Positions 19,012 to 29,508 of a DNA stretch of 32,000 bases are shown in pieces. Made by a program: the position numbers and the translations under genes. The stretch is taken from positions 37,596 through 69,595 of the forward strand of contig CAZZCG010000009.1 of the NCBI GenBank assembly GCA_964653145.1, given 5' to 3'. The notes under the pieces were generated by a model, which saw nothing but the letters and a program-made list of their open reading frames with translations, did not search any database and was not told where the DNA came from. Every line of letters starts with the position of its first letter. Within the stretch, counting starts at the first letter, position 1. The stretch is from an uncultured Synechococcus sp. (GTDB taxonomy: Bacteria > Cyanobacteriota > Cyanobacteriia > Thermosynechococcales > Thermosynechococcaceae).

Positions 19012-20880
19012 TCAGAGCAACAACAATCGCCAGGTAATCCCCACGGCAAAGATCGAGAGGCCGATCACAATCGTCAAAATATAGGCTTGTCCCCGACCCG
19101 TATTGCTATATTTCAAGGTTTCGCCCCCCAGCAAGGACACAATCCCCACCAGATTAACCACGCCATCGATAATGAAGCGATCAAACCAATCGACAATCCG
19201 GGAAGTCCAATCCACAACAAAGACAATGCTGGAGCGATAAATCTGCGGCGTGTAGAGGTCATAGGCAAACAGGGCCTGGACTTTTTTCCAAGGGAGTTCA
19301 ATGGGCTTGGGAATGCTTTGCCCCACATAGACCACGGCTCCCAGGCCAGCCCCCAACAAACTCGACCAAATCAGCAACAAAGCCAAGTTTTTGTCCAAAA
19401 TTGCCCAACTGGGGAGTAAATCCAAGCTCTGGAGAATTAGGGGTAAATGCAACACCATCCCCAACAGAAACATGATCGGTAAGGTAATCAACCAAATATT
19501 TTCCGGTGAGCGTTCGGTCATTGGCTTGGGCTTGCCGGCAAAAATTAGACCAAATTCTCGGATCATGGCAAAGGCAGCAAGGGCATTGACCAACAATAAA
19601 ATCCCCACCAGAATCGGGTTCGATGCCCACAGCCCATCCGCCAGTTGGAGTAGGGCCCAGAAGCCACCAAAGGGAGGAAGTGCAATTAAACCCGCCACGC
19701 CGACTAAGAAGCTAATCCCCACCAGCGGCCGCCGACTCCATAGCCCCCCCAGTTGCGTTAAGTCTTGGGTAATGTTGTTTAGGACAATCGAACCGGAACT
19801 CATCACCAACAGGGCCTGGGCTAAGGCATGGGTCAAGATTAAGAGCAGGGCCGCTTGGGTTTGGCCAGTTCCCACCGCAATGAAGATCAGGCCCATGTAA
19901 GCACTGACGGTGTAGGACAAGGCCCGCTTGACATCGATTTGGGCAATGGAAATTAAGGTTCCGCCAATGGCAGTTAAGGCCCCAATGGCAATGGTTACAG
20001 TCAAAACAACCGGAGACAGGGCTAAAACCGGCTGTAACTTCACCAATACCCAGGCCCCGGTGGCGACAACAACCGAATTCCGCAAAATCGTACTGGGTAA
20101 CGGGCCCTCCATCGCCTCATCTAGCCAGAGGTGCAACGGAAACTGAGCGCATTTGCCCATCGGCCCCGCCAGAAGCCCCAGGCCCACCAGGGTTGCTAAA
20201 GTTGGATCCACATTCGCCGTTTCGGCCCAAGCTGCTAAGCCATTAAAGTCCCAAGTTCCCGCCAGCGGATAAATTGCTAACACTCCCATCAGCAAAAAGA
20301 GGTCACCCACCCGTTTGGTCAAGAAGGCATCCCGAGCGCCGGTCACCACCAAGGGCTGGTTATACCAAATCCCCACTAGAAGGTAGGTTCCCAGGGTGAG
20401 AATTTCTAAAATCATGTAACCAAAGAACAGGGAGTTACAGAGGACAAGGGCACACATCCCCGCTGCAAATAGTCCCAACATGCAATAGAAGCGGGACCAG
20501 CCCCAGTCCATTTCCAGGTAGCCCACTGCATAAACTTGAGCCAGAAAATTCAAGCCTGTAATGACCACACAGGCCCCAATGGTCACCGCCGAAATTTCCA
20601 AAGGTAACGTTAAGTTCAATCCGGCCACGTCTAACCAGGTGTAGTTCAGGTATCGGGTGGGTTGATCCCAGGCCTGGAACAGAGCAACTAGACCATGAAC
20701 CAAGCCAAATAGGGTAAACAAAAGATTGACATAGCCCGCTGGCCGTGGCCCGGAAAGCCGAATAAAGCCAGGAGCCCAAAAAATAGATAACGCCGATCCC
20801 ACCAACGCGTAGACGGGGATCAACCACACCGATTCAAGCCACAGATCAGCCATAGCAATTACCTGAGAGCGGGGCAACAA
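19012..20880 (-). CDS. ndhF3: NAD(P)H-quinone oxidoreductase subunit 5, NdhF3
   Basis: 622 aa NuoL/NdhF family (KCAQFPLHLWLDEAMEGPLPSTILRNSVVVATGAWVLVKL, RALSYTVSAYMGLIFIAVG); F3 subtype from synteny. Confidence 0.92.
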   Translation of the reverse strand: MLPRSQVIAMADLWLESVWLIPVYALVGSALSIFWAPGFIRLSGPRPAGYVNLLFTLFGLVHGLVALFQAWDQPTRYLNYTWLDVAGLNLTLPLEISAVTIGACVVITGLNFLAQVYAVGYLEMDWGWSRFYCMLGLFAAGMCALVLCNSLFFGYMILEILTLGTYLLVGIWYNQPLVVTGARDAFLTKRVGDLFLLMGVLAIYPLAGTWDFNGLAAWAETANVDPTLATLVGLGLLAGPMGKCAQFPLHLWLDEAMEGPLPSTILRNSVVVATGAWVLVKLQPVLALSPVVLTVTIAIGALTAIGGTLISIAQIDVKRALSYTVSAYMGLIFIAVGTGQTQAALLLILTHALAQALLVMSSGSIVLNNITQDLTQLGGLWSRRPLVGISFLVGVAGLIALPPFGGFWALLQLADGLWASNPILVGILLLVNALAAFAMIREFGLIFAGKPKPMTERSPENIWLITLPIMFLLGMVLHLPLILQSLDLLPSWAILDKNLALLLIWSSLLGAGLGAVVYVGQSIPKPIELPWKKVQALFAYDLYTPQIYRSSIVFVVDWTSRIVDWFDRFIIDGVVNLVGIVSLLGGETLKYSNTGRGQAYILTIVIGLSIFAVGITWRLLLL

Positions 20881-21662
20881 AAAGGGAAACGCTGGCCTGG
20901 TTCATAGAAAGATATAAAAATTACTAGAACAGGCAAAGACATATCTCAATAGATTTAAGTATAAATGGCCATAGTAAAAATTCAATCTTGGTAATGATCC
21001 CAATTGCTTTATATCTATTTAAGAATTTGATAAATCTTGCTTATCGCTCTAGAACCTTGGACTTAGAATCTAAAATTAGTCCCGAAGGAAAATAAACCCA
21101 GCTTAAAGTCTCCAATCCCTGGTTCTTTTAAGCGGTCATCAGTCAATCCTGGCGATAAATGTCCTGGTGGGCTTGGGCTTGAACAGTCAAGATCTTCAAC
21201 CCATGCTGGATCCTCTGCACCAATGTTGAGGATTATGCAGTAGTAGCAGCTATCACAAACTCTCAACACAGGCCTGGGGCATGGCAGCTAATACCCGTCG
21301 AGGGATCACCTGAACCATGCGAAGAAACTGACTCAGGACTTGATGGATGGCCGTCAAATTGCTGACATCCTCAATGAACTGGAAATGGCACTCCTAAATC
21401 ATGGGCATTACCGCCACGCCGACGCCCTGGGACAACTTAAACCCTTGCATGGCCTGGTTCATCCACAAATTCTCAAGTTGTTTCCAAGTCACAGCAGAGT
21501 GGGAGATCGCAAAATTTCCCTGTCACCAACGAAATCGCTTAAACTGGAGCCCACCCCGAGCCTTCTCTCTACAGTCCCACCCTTCTCAGCGGATTTTCCG
21601 ATCTCTGGCAAATACCCTTCATAATTTAAATAGTTGTTAGATGTTGGATTGATTGAGCTTCG

Positions 21663-23624
21663 GTGACTTCTCCCCAGTTTGTTGAAACCCCAGAGCCCTC
21701 TTCTGATTCCCAAGGTTCTTGGCAGAGTCGGATTACCCGCTGGTGGTCAGAATTTAAAATTCAAACTCGCCTCCTTGTCGCCGTCACCCTAATTGTGTCA
21801 ATTGTCACCAGTGGTCTCACTTTCTGGGCCGTCAATAGTATTCAACAAGATGCCCGTTTGAACGACACCCGCTATGGTCGCGACCTGGGAATTTTGTTAG
21901 CTGCTGACGTTGCCCCCCTAGTGGCCCAGGAAAACTACTCCCTTGTGGCTGAGTTCTCCCAGGAGCTCTACAACCGTAGCTCTAGCATTCGATACATGCT
22001 CTATGCGGATCGGGATGGCGATATTTACTATGGCATTCCCTACACTGCCCCACCCGTCAACAGTGCCCTGGCCCTGCGCCGCCGGATGCAATTACCCCCA
22101 AGTTATGCCAAAAGCAAAGAACCCTTAGTCCGTCAACACGCAACCCCCGATGGCACCGTCGCCGATGTGTTTGTCCCCTTGGTCTATCAGGATAAATATC
22201 TCGGAGTCCTCGCCCTGGGAATTAACCCCAATCCAACGGTTGTTGCCTCAGCTGCCCTGACTCGTAATGTGACAGTGGCCGTTTTTGTGGCCATTTGGGT
22301 CATGGTAATTCTCGGGGGAGTTTTCAACGCCTTGACAATCACCCAACCGATCAAAGAATTGGTACAGGGGGTGAAAAAAATCGCGGCAGGGGACTTCAAA
22401 CAACGGATCAATTTGCCGTTTGGGGGAGAGTTGGGGGATTTAATCTCTAGCTTCAATGAGATGGCGGAAAAGCTAGAGGTCTATGAAGAGCATAACATCG
22501 AAGAACTAACTGCCCAAAAAGCCAAACTAGAGACCCTGGTTTCGACCATTGCAGATGGCGCAATTCTCCTCGACCCCCAAATGCGCGTGATTTTGGTGAA
22601 TCCGGCTGCCCAGCGTCTTTTTAATTGGGAAGGGATGACGGTTTTAGGTGAAAATGCCCTTCATTTTTTACCATCGGCAGTTACTGAACGTTTAACTTGC
22701 TCCCTGTACCAGGCCGTGCGGGGGGAATGTGAAGGGGGAGAGTTTCGCGTCACCCTCAATGAGCCGAACCACCGAACCTTACGAATTTTGCTGGCGACTG
22801 TTTTGGATACGCGGGATGTGGCCAAGGGCATTGCCATCACCGTGCAGGATATTACCCGGGAAACAGAACTGAATGAAGCAAAAAGCCAATTTATCAGCAA
22901 CGTCTCCCATGAGCTCCGAACTCCCCTGTTTAACATCAAGTCCATCATTGAAACCATTTATGAATATATGGACGAGTTACCCCGGGAACGGCAACTGGAA
23001 TTTTTAATGACCGCCAACCAAGAAACCGATCGGCTGACTCGCCTGGTCAATGATGTCTTGGATTTAGCGCGGTTGGAATCCGGTCGCTCCTATCAATTTG
23101 CGGCGGTGGATTTGATTCCGGCCATTGAGCAAACCCTCCGTACCTATCAATTGAACGCGCAAAATAAAGGCATTACCCTCGTCAAGGATGCCAATTCAGA
23201 TATCCCCCTGATCCGCGGTAACTATGACTTGTTGTTGCAGGTATTCACAAATTTGGTGGGCAATGCGCTGAAATTTACGGCGGTGGGGGGGCATGTGACA
23301 ATTCGGGCCTATCATATTCATCCGAACGCTGATCTGGCAGGCCAAGCCGTACGGGTGGAAGTTTCAGATACAGGGATGGGAATTGCACCTGAGGATCAGC
23401 CCAAAATTTTCCAGCGTTTCGTTCGCGTAGAAAATCGTGTGCATACTCTCGAGGGAACTGGCCTAGGGCTTTGCATCGTTAATGATATTATCCAAAAGCA
23501 CGACTCCCAAATCCATGTCATCAGTGAAGTGGGCGTCGGTAGCACCTTTTGGTTTGACCTACCCGTCTATATCCCTGAATCCCTAGAAGTAATGCTTTCG
23601 GAAGCTGCAACTGCTAATGCTTAA
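21663..23624 (+). CDS. nblS: Sensor histidine kinase NblS/Hik33 (DspA) type with periplasmic sensor, HAMP, PAS, HisKA and HATPase
   Basis: 653 aa; two TM segments, HAMP, PAS-like TIADGAILLDPQMRVILVNPAAQRLFNW, H-box FISNVSHELRTPLFNIKSIIETIYEYMDELP, G-box GTGLGLCIVNDIIQKH. GTG start as given in the ORF track. Confidence 0.88.
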   Translation: MTSPQFVETPEPSSDSQGSWQSRITRWWSEFKIQTRLLVAVTLIVSIVTSGLTFWAVNSIQQDARLNDTRYGRDLGILLAADVAPLVAQENYSLVAEFSQELYNRSSSIRYMLYADRDGDIYYGIPYTAPPVNSALALRRRMQLPPSYAKSKEPLVRQHATPDGTVADVFVPLVYQDKYLGVLALGINPNPTVVASAALTRNVTVAVFVAIWVMVILGGVFNALTITQPIKELVQGVKKIAAGDFKQRINLPFGGELGDLISSFNEMAEKLEVYEEHNIEELTAQKAKLETLVSTIADGAILLDPQMRVILVNPAAQRLFNWEGMTVLGENALHFLPSAVTERLTCSLYQAVRGECEGGEFRVTLNEPNHRTLRILLATVLDTRDVAKGIAITVQDITRETELNEAKSQFISNVSHELRTPLFNIKSIIETIYEYMDELPRERQLEFLMTANQETDRLTRLVNDVLDLARLESGRSYQFAAVDLIPAIEQTLRTYQLNAQNKGITLVKDANSDIPLIRGNYDLLLQVFTNLVGNALKFTAVGGHVTIRAYHIHPNADLAGQAVRVEVSDTGMGIAPEDQPKIFQRFVRVENRVHTLEGTGLGLCIVNDIIQKHDSQIHVISEVGVGSTFWFDLPVYIPESLEVMLSEAATANA

Positions 23625-25299
23625 CCAACCCTCGATCCCGAATCAGCTCGTTTCTCTTTTTACACGTAAAATTTATCTGGCTCGAAAGGTTTCTAACGTT
23701 CTCAAATCTTGGGTTTGGGCAGGGAGTTTGGGAATGTTGCTGGGCCTGGGGGGTGGGGCCTGGGCCGCTGAAACCGTCACAGTTTCCATTGATGGCCTCA
23801 GCATTTCCCTGACGACTCAGGAGCTATCTTCCTTTGCCGAAACCGGTAATCTTCCTCCCAATGTGGCAGCTTTAGCAAGTTTTCTACAACCCGATGACCT
23901 GGCCGCCTTACGCAGTGGAATCAATAGCAGTTTTTCAATTCCACAGACAGGGATTGCCCAACTCCTAGAGACTCCATCGGGACAGCGGGTTCTCAGTGTT
24001 TTTGGGAAATTCATCCAAACCGATGCAGGACAACCAGGTGGAGATGCCCTAAAAACTGCCATGGTTCAAGCCGCCGGCCAACCCCAGGGATTAACGCTAC
24101 TGGGGGTGATTGAGCAATTTCCCGGCACCACGATGAACATTCAGGGGAGTGAAGCCATCCCGTTAATCAATGCAGTCTTTTCGGAAATTCGCCAAACCCA
24201 AGCAGTCATCGCCACCATTAACAAAACAAGTCAAGCTACCCAGGCCAAGGCAGCCCCACTTCCAAATAATTTGGTTGATCTAACCGCCCCAGGCCGGGTT
24301 GATTGGCAAGTTAAATCCTTGACCCTCACCAATAGCCAAGCTCAGTTTCAATTTCCCGTCAATCTCTATCTCCCTAACCTGAATGGGCCGATTCCCTTAG
24401 TCATTATTTCTCCTGGCCTGGGGGAAGACCTGAATACCTATGCCTATTTGGCTGAGCACCTGGCTTCCTATGGGTTTGGAGTAGCTGTCGTCGATCACCC
24501 TGGCAGTGATGCACAACGGCAAGCAGAATTTCTAGCTGGCAAAATTCCCCAAGAAGTGATCCCGGAAGAATTTACCAATCGTCCCCGCTCGATTTCCGAC
24601 ACCTTAGATTATTTGGCAAAAATGCCGGGCGTAAACCTCCTCACAAACAATGTCGGTATTATTGGTCATTCCTTTGGCGGCTATGATACTTGGGCAGTAG
24701 CTGGGGCAAATCCACAATTGGACAACCTAACAAAGATTTGTCAAACTCCTCAGACCATCATCAAGCCCTCTGTCCTGTTGCAATGTAATTTAACTAAGGC
24801 AACAGTCCCCTTAGCCAACCTCCGTGATTCCCGGATTCAAGCAGGCATGGCAGTTAATCCAGTGGGGGGAGCAATTTACGGCAGCGCTGGGTTCAGCACC
24901 ATAGAGATTCCCCTCCTTGTCCTTGCCGGTAGTCAAGATTTTGTTGCCCCACCCTTCCTTGAGCAATTTACCCCCTTTGCTTGGCTTGGGTCATCCCAAA
25001 AATACCTCCTTCTCCTCAACGGTGGTACCCATTTATCCACCATGGGGGATCTGCCACCGGAAAACAGCCCCAATGCTCTACCTCCCTTTGTTGTTGGGGA
25101 AGATCCTGGCATTGCCCGAAACCAACTCCAAGCTGTAAGTGTGGCCTTCATGCAGACCTATCTGAATCGGCAATCAAACTATCAGGTTTATTTGACCCCT
25201 ACCTATCTAGCCCAACTCAGCCAGCCACAAATGAAGGGGAGTTTGGTCAACACCTTAACGCCTGCACAACTCCAAGAATCGACTCCTTCTCAGCCTTAG
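23617..25299 (+). CDS. Secreted alpha/beta hydrolase with N-terminal DUF1400-like region
   Basis: 560 aa; signal-like N-terminus, ETVTVSIDGLSISLTTQELSSFAETG, then PLVIISPGLGEDL...VAVVDHPGSD...IGIIGHSFGGYDTW nucleophile elbow and platelet-activating-factor acetylhydrolase-like architecture. Confidence 0.8.
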   Translation: MLNQPSIPNQLVSLFTRKIYLARKVSNVLKSWVWAGSLGMLLGLGGGAWAAETVTVSIDGLSISLTTQELSSFAETGNLPPNVAALASFLQPDDLAALRSGINSSFSIPQTGIAQLLETPSGQRVLSVFGKFIQTDAGQPGGDALKTAMVQAAGQPQGLTLLGVIEQFPGTTMNIQGSEAIPLINAVFSEIRQTQAVIATINKTSQATQAKAAPLPNNLVDLTAPGRVDWQVKSLTLTNSQAQFQFPVNLYLPNLNGPIPLVIISPGLGEDLNTYAYLAEHLASYGFGVAVVDHPGSDAQRQAEFLAGKIPQEVIPEEFTNRPRSISDTLDYLAKMPGVNLLTNNVGIIGHSFGGYDTWAVAGANPQLDNLTKICQTPQTIIKPSVLLQCNLTKATVPLANLRDSRIQAGMAVNPVGGAIYGSAGFSTIEIPLLVLAGSQDFVAPPFLEQFTPFAWLGSSQKYLLLLNGGTHLSTMGDLPPENSPNALPPFVVGEDPGIARNQLQAVSVAFMQTYLNRQSNYQVYLTPTYLAQLSQPQMKGSLVNTLTPAQLQESTPSQP

Positions 25300-25392
25300 T
25301 CTTTAGTATTCTTTATATTCAGAGCGATTTAAAAGACAATGGAATCAGCCTAGGGTGGCTGTGGTGTTGTCCCCAATGGATAGGAAAATCCC

Positions 25393-25995
25393 ATGAGTAC
25401 GGTTTATACCCGCCCCCTGGCGCGCCTGATTGAACAGCTCCAACGCTTACCGGGCATTGGCCCTAAGTCGGCGCAACGATTAGCCCTCCACCTGCTCAAA
25501 CGCCCCGAAGCCGAAGTCCAGGCCCTGGCTCAAGCTCTGATCGAAGCGAAACAGCAGGTTGGTCTGTGTGGAATATGTTTTCATTTGTCAGCGGATACCG
25601 TTTGCGAAATTTGCTGCACCCCAAGCCGTGAGGGGCAGTTACTGTGTGTTGTCGCGGATTCCAGGGATGTGATTGCCATCGAAAAAACTCGGGAATATCG
25701 GGGTAAATACCATGTTTTGGGAGGATTGATTTCACCTATGGATGGGATTGGCCCGGAACAACTGCACATTACGCCACTTGTCCGGCGCGCCAGCCAAAAT
25801 CAGGTTACAGAAGTCATCCTCGCCATCAATCCAAGTATCGAAGGGGAAACCACAACCCTTTACATTGGCCAACTCCTGAAACCCTTTGTTAAAGTCACCC
25901 GAATTGCCTTTGGATTGCCTGTGGGGGGTGATCTAGAGTACGCCGATGAAATGACCCTCGCGCGGGCCCTAGCCGGACGCCGGGAGCTGGATTAA
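25393..25995 (+). CDS. recR: Recombination protein RecR
   Basis: 200 aa; [24 protein letters not shown], Cys4 zinc finger [36 protein letters not shown]. Confidence 0.98.
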   Translation: MSTVYTRPLARLIEQLQRLPGIGPKSAQRLALHLLKRPEAEVQALAQALIEAKQQVGLCGICFHLSADTVCEICCTPSREGQLLCVVADSRDVIAIEKTREYRGKYHVLGGLISPMDGIGPEQLHITPLVRRASQNQVTEVILAINPSIEGETTTLYIGQLLKPFVKVTRIAFGLPVGGDLEYADEMTLARALAGRRELD

Positions 25996-26035
25996 CGGGC
26001 ATTGGTTTTTTAAGAAGTTTTTAAACTCTGTGCCT

Positions 26036-26119
26036 GTGCCACTACTGTCACACCTATAAATGTGGCACTCATTCCCGTAAGTCATGCTAGTGGGTGAGGT
26101 TCAATTCCCGACCTAAGCG
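26036..26119 (+). other. Structured intergenic element (possible transposon-end or small-RNA remnant)
   Basis: Inverted repeat GTGCCAC (26036-26042) / GTGGCAC (26062-26068), then GTGGGTGAGGTTCAATTCCCGACC; no ORF overlaps it. Confidence 0.35.
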
Positions 26120-26197
26120 GTACTTTTAAGTAAAGAGTGTAGAGTCCTGAATTTAAGAACAGCCAAGCGTTACAGGATTTAGGTGCGAGGTAAAGAA

Positions 26198-26665
26198 ATG
26201 TTAAGTAAAATCGCCTTGATGATCGGGACTGTGACAGTTTCTGGGTTGGTGAGTGGTGTTGTATCGCCTATGCCGGTTTATGCCAATTCAGCCCCCAATA
26301 CCCTTGTTGCTGTTTCTCCACAGGCTTCCAGTTTGGGAAATGGCACCTATCTTTACGGTCAATCAGCTCGCCCCAACCAAGTTCGTCAAACCTATATGGT
26401 TTTTGAAGTTAAAAACAATCGGGTTGTCGGTGCGGTGTTTATGCCCAATTCCTCCTATGACTGCTTCCACGGCTCTTTGGACGGCGATACCTTGAATGCC
26501 ATGGTTCTAGAACCCTATGAAGGCTCCAGCTACCCCGCTACGGTTGAGCTCAATGCCCTCTATGCTCTTCCCAATGTGGAAAGCAATGCCAAAGCCCTAC
26601 TCACCAGTTGTCGAGCCGAAACTGCCAACCAATTCCAGGCCACGGTTGCGCCCAGAGTTCACTAA
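26198..26665 (+). CDS. Hypothetical secreted protein
   Basis: ORF 26183..26665; ATG at 26198 gives MLSKIALMIGTVTVSGLVSGVVSPMPVYANSAP, a signal-peptide-like N-terminus; GTYLYGQSARPNQVRQTYMVFEV suggests a conserved secreted protein. Confidence 0.7.
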   Translation: MLSKIALMIGTVTVSGLVSGVVSPMPVYANSAPNTLVAVSPQASSLGNGTYLYGQSARPNQVRQTYMVFEVKNNRVVGAVFMPNSSYDCFHGSLDGDTLNAMVLEPYEGSSYPATVELNALYALPNVESNAKALLTSCRAETANQFQATVAPRVH

Positions 26666-26799
26666 GGTTTGACCAATCTGCTCCGTTCAGCAAGTAACCA
26701 TAAAGCTCCTAACACTTAAAAGCCAACCTCTGAAGCATCCCTTATTGGAATACCGCAGTCAGTTGGCCAAGGCTTGAGAGATTTTTAGGAGGCTTTAAT

Positions 26800-27102
26800 C
26801 TACCAACTAGATTTCACCAGGCCTGGTAATAATCCTTGGTGAGCCATATCCCGCAGCGCATTCCGGCAAAGACCAAAATCACGGAAATATCCCCGGGGAC
26901 GCCCCGTCAGCCAACACCGATTCCGTAACCGAGTTGGGGCACCGTTACGGGGTAAACGCTGTAATTGCCGATGCAGGGTCAGTTGCTCGTCAGGATTTTC
27001 GGCATAAGCAATTTGTTCCTTTAGCTCAGCCCGTTTTTCTGCGTATTTATCAACCAAGCGTTGGCGTTTCTTTTCCCGCTCGATCATGCTTTTTTTGGCC
27101 AT
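26800..27102 (-). CDS. rpsN: 30S ribosomal protein S14
   Basis: [28 protein letters not shown]...[52 protein letters not shown], 100 aa; start at internal Met of the 117 aa track ORF. Confidence 0.97.
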   Translation of the reverse strand: MAKKSMIEREKKRQRLVDKYAEKRAELKEQIAYAENPDEQLTLHRQLQRLPRNGAPTRLRNRCWLTGRPRGYFRDFGLCRNALRDMAHQGLLPGLVKSSW

Positions 27103-27366
27103 GGGGGTATTATTGTCATCTAAAAATGCAGCCTTACCATTATAGCTAGGCACCAGCGCTTCGCCAAATGATTCCTAGGATTTTGATGGGTTTTCCAGTT
27201 CCGCCCATTGTTTTTGTATGGCCGCTCAGAGATTAACGTAATTTCAGTGGTTAGGGGGCTTTAAGAATTTGGACTCCAGAAAAGAGTTTGCTATCATTGG
27301 AGCCGATGTTTCAGTCACCTGTGAACTGACGTTGTCGTTGCCATTTTTAAGGTTGGGGATTTTCTC

Positions 27367-27675
27367 ATGGAATTTGAAGCACTGCTGTTGGGGATTGAAC
27401 CTCTAACTGTTTTGGCGGTGGGGATTGGGGCTGCAGCCGTGGCTCCCGTGGTTGGAGCAGTGGATTCGATGACGGGGCATTCCTTAACTGAATCGGCCCG
27501 GACGGCTGCAAAACAGGGGCTTGTTTGGGCCTTTGAAACCTACGAAAAAGCCCAGGCAACGATGGCTGAAGCCAGTGAATCCTTCCAAGACCTGGTGGCC
27601 GAAGCTCGTTCGGAAATCATCACCACGAAAGCTGAAGCTGATAGCAGTGAACCTCGGGAAGTCACCATCAACTAA
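27367..27675 (+). CDS. Small hypothetical protein, possibly DUF5132-like
   Basis: 102 aa; hydrophobic Ala/Gly-rich N-terminus VLAVGIGAAAVAPVVGAV followed by KQGLVWAFETYEKAQATMAEASESFQDLVAEARSE. Confidence 0.65.
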   Translation: MEFEALLLGIEPLTVLAVGIGAAAVAPVVGAVDSMTGHSLTESARTAAKQGLVWAFETYEKAQATMAEASESFQDLVAEARSEIITTKAEADSSEPREVTIN

Positions 27676-27680
27676 GTCCC

Positions 27681-28664
27681 TTGGGTAAATCGCGGCAAAA
27701 ACCATCGCTATCTTTACCACAACCCTCGGCATTACTCACTAAGTTTGCGGCTCGGCTGTTTCCCAGTGCAGAGGAGCAGGAACTTTTTATCCAGGCCCTG
27801 TTAAATCCCAGGCCCTATCCGCCCGCAATTATTTGGTGTCAGCAACCGTCGAATTCATTCCCCTTTGCCGTAACTAAGCCGGAGTCCTGGCAACCCAGTT
27901 GGGTCAATCGGTTAGAAATTGGAGCGCGTCCAGGCCAGGATCCTCTCCACCAGCAAGGGGCTTATTATGTTTTAGATTTTTCCTCGGTGTTTGCTGCCAC
28001 CCCACTTTTACACTTGGAGCTCTCCCAGGCCCCACAGTTGATAATTGATGTTTGTGCTGCTCCGGGGGGAAAATCTATTTTTGCCTGGAAAGCCTTAAAT
28101 CCCCAACAATTGGTGAGTAATGAGGTGATTGGTAAGCGGATCGGGATGCTAAGGAGTAATCTCAGTCGTTGTCGCATTTCACCAGTGGCTATAACCAATT
28201 TAGAGGTGGCGGGCCTGGGAGATCGGTATGCCAATCAAGGGGATGTCGTGATTGTGGATGCGCCCTGTTCTGGTCAATCCTTGCTGGCCAAGGGAACCCA
28301 AGTTTTAGGCTGTTTTCATCCCCGAACCATTAGCCACAATGCTCAACGTCAGAAAAAAATTATGGCCCTTGCCAGTCAACTGGTGCGACCGGGGGGATAC
28401 CTGCTCTACAGCACTTGCACCTTCTCCCTAGAAGAAAACGAAGCGGTGTTGAGTTGGTTATTGACCCACTTTCCAGAGTTTCAGTCTGTGGCAATTCCGG
28501 TTTTATCAGCCTTTGAATCGGCCTGGCGTGAACCTCAGTTATTTGATAAAAAATACAATCGTTCGGACGTTCTTTACAGTTATCGGCTGTTTCCCCAATC
28601 TGGCCTGGGGGCGGGGGCATTTACGGCGCTGTTAAAAAAATCTGAGTTAAACGCTTCCCTGTAA
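27681..28664 (+). CDS. RsmB/NOP-family rRNA (cytosine-C5)-methyltransferase
   Basis: 327 aa; IIDVCAAPGGKSIFAWK, VVIVDAPCSGQSLLAKG, GGYLLYSTCTFSLEENEAVL (motifs I, IV, VI). Confidence 0.9.
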   Translation: MGKSRQKPSLSLPQPSALLTKFAARLFPSAEEQELFIQALLNPRPYPPAIIWCQQPSNSFPFAVTKPESWQPSWVNRLEIGARPGQDPLHQQGAYYVLDFSSVFAATPLLHLELSQAPQLIIDVCAAPGGKSIFAWKALNPQQLVSNEVIGKRIGMLRSNLSRCRISPVAITNLEVAGLGDRYANQGDVVIVDAPCSGQSLLAKGTQVLGCFHPRTISHNAQRQKKIMALASQLVRPGGYLLYSTCTFSLEENEAVLSWLLTHFPEFQSVAIPVLSAFESAWREPQLFDKKYNRSDVLYSYRLFPQSGLGAGAFTALLKKSELNASL

Positions 28665-29501
28665 AAGTACTGAATATAAATCTGTCCGCCGATCACGGAA
28701 AAAGCCAAAGGCTGCCCGTAACCGTTCAATCGCATCTAAATCAAAGGATTGAGTGATAATTCCAGATTCCTCTCTGCTCAATTCGGCCACCTTATCGCCC
28801 CGGACATCGGCAATGAAGGAACTGCCATAGAACACTTGACCACCCTCATTCCCAATCCGATTCGCCGCCACAACCGGAATAATATTAGCCACCGCATGAC
28901 CGATCATCACCCGCTGCCAAGGGTCTTTGGTGTCCAGGCCCGGATCGTGGGGTTCACTGCCAATCGCTGTTGGATAAAGCAAAACATCCGCTCCCATTAA
29001 GGCCATAGCCCGCGCACATTCGGGAAACCACTGATCCCAACAAATCCCCACACCGATCACGCCATATTTTGTTTGCCAGACCTTAAACCCTGTATCTCCC
29101 GGCCGAAAATAATATTTTTCCTCATAGCCAGGCCCATCGGGAATATGACTTTTACGATAGACCCCTAGGACACTACCATCCGCATCAATGATCACAACTG
29201 AGTTGTAGTAGGCGGGGCCAGCTTTTTCAAATAAGGAAACCGGAATCACCACCTGCAACTCTGCGGCAACTTTTTGGAAATGGATCACCGTGGGATGGTC
29301 ATTTAAGGGCCTGGCCTGGGCAAAAAATTCTTCTTGTTCCTGTTTGCAAAAATAATGGCCTTCTAAGAGTTCCGAGGGAAGAATCACTTGCGCCCCGATA
29401 GCCTTGGCCTGGTGGATATAGTCGGTGATCGTGGCAATATTTTCATCCCGATTTTGACTAAACGCCATTTGAATTGCGGCAACGGTGATTGTTCTAGGCA
29501 T
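28647..29501 (-). CDS. aguB: N-carbamoylputrescine amidase
   Basis: Nitrilase-family protein starting MPRTITVAAIQMAFSQ; VILPSELLEGHYF, YRKSHIPDGPGYEEKYYF, IGVGICWDQWFPECAR; adjacent to agmatine deiminase. Start taken at internal Met (track ORF begins 29570). Confidence 0.93.
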   Translation of the reverse strand: MPRTITVAAIQMAFSQNRDENIATITDYIHQAKAIGAQVILPSELLEGHYFCKQEQEEFFAQARPLNDHPTVIHFQKVAAELQVVIPVSLFEKAGPAYYNSVVIIDADGSVLGVYRKSHIPDGPGYEEKYYFRPGDTGFKVWQTKYGVIGVGICWDQWFPECARAMALMGADVLLYPTAIGSEPHDPGLDTKDPWQRVMIGHAVANIIPVVAANRIGNEGGQVFYGSSFIADVRGDKVAELSREESGIITQSFDLDAIERLRAAFGFFRDRRTDLYSVLLQGSV

Positions 29502-29508
29502 AGTTTCC

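Noticed and set aside
17278-20827. ORFs 17278..17592, 18023..18331, 19391..19900, 20435..20827 and similar
   Set aside because: Overlap cupA/ndhD3/ndhF3 frames; shadow ORFs.
21340-21624. Plus-strand 94 aa ORF (and overlapping 21401..21640) upstream of nblS
   Set aside because: The first ~50 residues look slightly protein-like but the C-terminal half looks low-quality and no family is recognisable; not enough to support a CDS.
26092-26111. Possible tRNA T-arm (GGTTCAATTCC)
   Set aside because: No acceptor stem, D-arm or anticodon arm could be built around it.
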